From the IMG/VR virus record IMGVR_UViG_3300009509_000009, positions 1-64,000 of that record: a DNA stretch of 64,000 nucleotides; one strand, given 5' to 3'. This DNA is from a virus. A program made the position numbers and the translations under genes. Below, in pieces: positions 63,765 to 64,000 of the stretch (positions within the stretch are counted from its first letter, which is position 1; each line of letters starts with the position of its first letter). The notes under the pieces were generated by a model. It saw only the letters and a list, made by a program, of their open reading frames with translations, did no database searches and had not been told where the DNA came from.

Positions 63765-64000
63765 TCATGCGTGCTCTTCGCCACCATCATCCTCCTCGTC
63801 TTCTTCGTCCTCCGTATCAAGGTCCGGATCTCCTCTGAATAGGTTTCCGTCCTTGACTTCTTGTATCAACATCTGCGAGATCGTCTGCTTGAACTTGTTG
63901 ATTCGATCGATGTCGAGCTTCTCTATGGCTGGTAGCTTCTCGACCTCGTCTGCAAATCGTTCAGCGAACGCAGCTCGCACGTCTTCGTCAGCGAAGTACC
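63765..64000 (-). CDS. Hypothetical protein, 3' part only (acidic tail)
   Basis: Frame is open to the window edge. Confidence 0.55.
   Translation of the reverse strand, partial: YFADEDVRAAFAERFADEVEKLPAIEKLDIDRINKFKQTISQMLIQEVKDGNLFRGDPDLDTEDEEDEEDDGGEEHA

Noticed and set aside
1-64000. Stop-codon reassignment, tRNA genes, introns or inteins
   Set aside because: Genes pack tightly under the standard code and use all three stops. I saw no cloverleaf, and no intein or intron signature in polA, dnaB, terL or rpoBC by eye; tRNAscan/Infernal would be needed to exclude them fully.

Overview
The whole window is part of a large, GC-rich (about 60% by eye) tailed dsDNA phage genome with a contractile tail (myovirus-type). 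The host cannot be read from the sequence. 1-16643 is one leftward replication/recombination operon: RusA-like and Hjc-like resolvases, Cas4-like nuclease, RecA, HU-like protein, family A DNA polymerase, Zn-rich SSB, DnaG, DnaB, an Hfq/Sm-like protein, DUF932, family-4 UDG and an SF2 helicase. 16790-61444 is a mostly rightward morphogenesis region (portal, spike, terminase, prohead protease, major capsid, neck, sheath, tube). It also carries a 2060-aa single-chain, bacterial-type beta-beta' RNA polymerase and is interrupted by three small leftward islands. Leftward small genes resume at 61602. Three patterns stand out. (1) A self-contained transcription system: the fused RNAP has lost the beta' N-terminal Zn domain and has a remodelled rifampicin pocket, and a promoter-like motif (GCA-N17-GKHATAAG-NN-C-W-H-TG) precedes six leftward units. 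Several units end in a hairpin followed by YTTAG. (2) A K-x-A(S/A) motif and an acidic 'DEL.KIA' leader recur in about 15 head-associated proteins, many of which continue into glycine-zipper or amphipathic segments. I infer a capsid-targeting and protease-processing code that loads membrane-active cargo, including a YugP-like metallopeptidase, into the virion. (3) A phage Hfq-like gene co-occurs with two structured intergenic regions. All assignments come from motif recognition by eye; no database searches were run. Several starts were moved from the ORF track to RBS-supported codons. No tRNA, rRNA, CRISPR array, integrase or transposase was seen.
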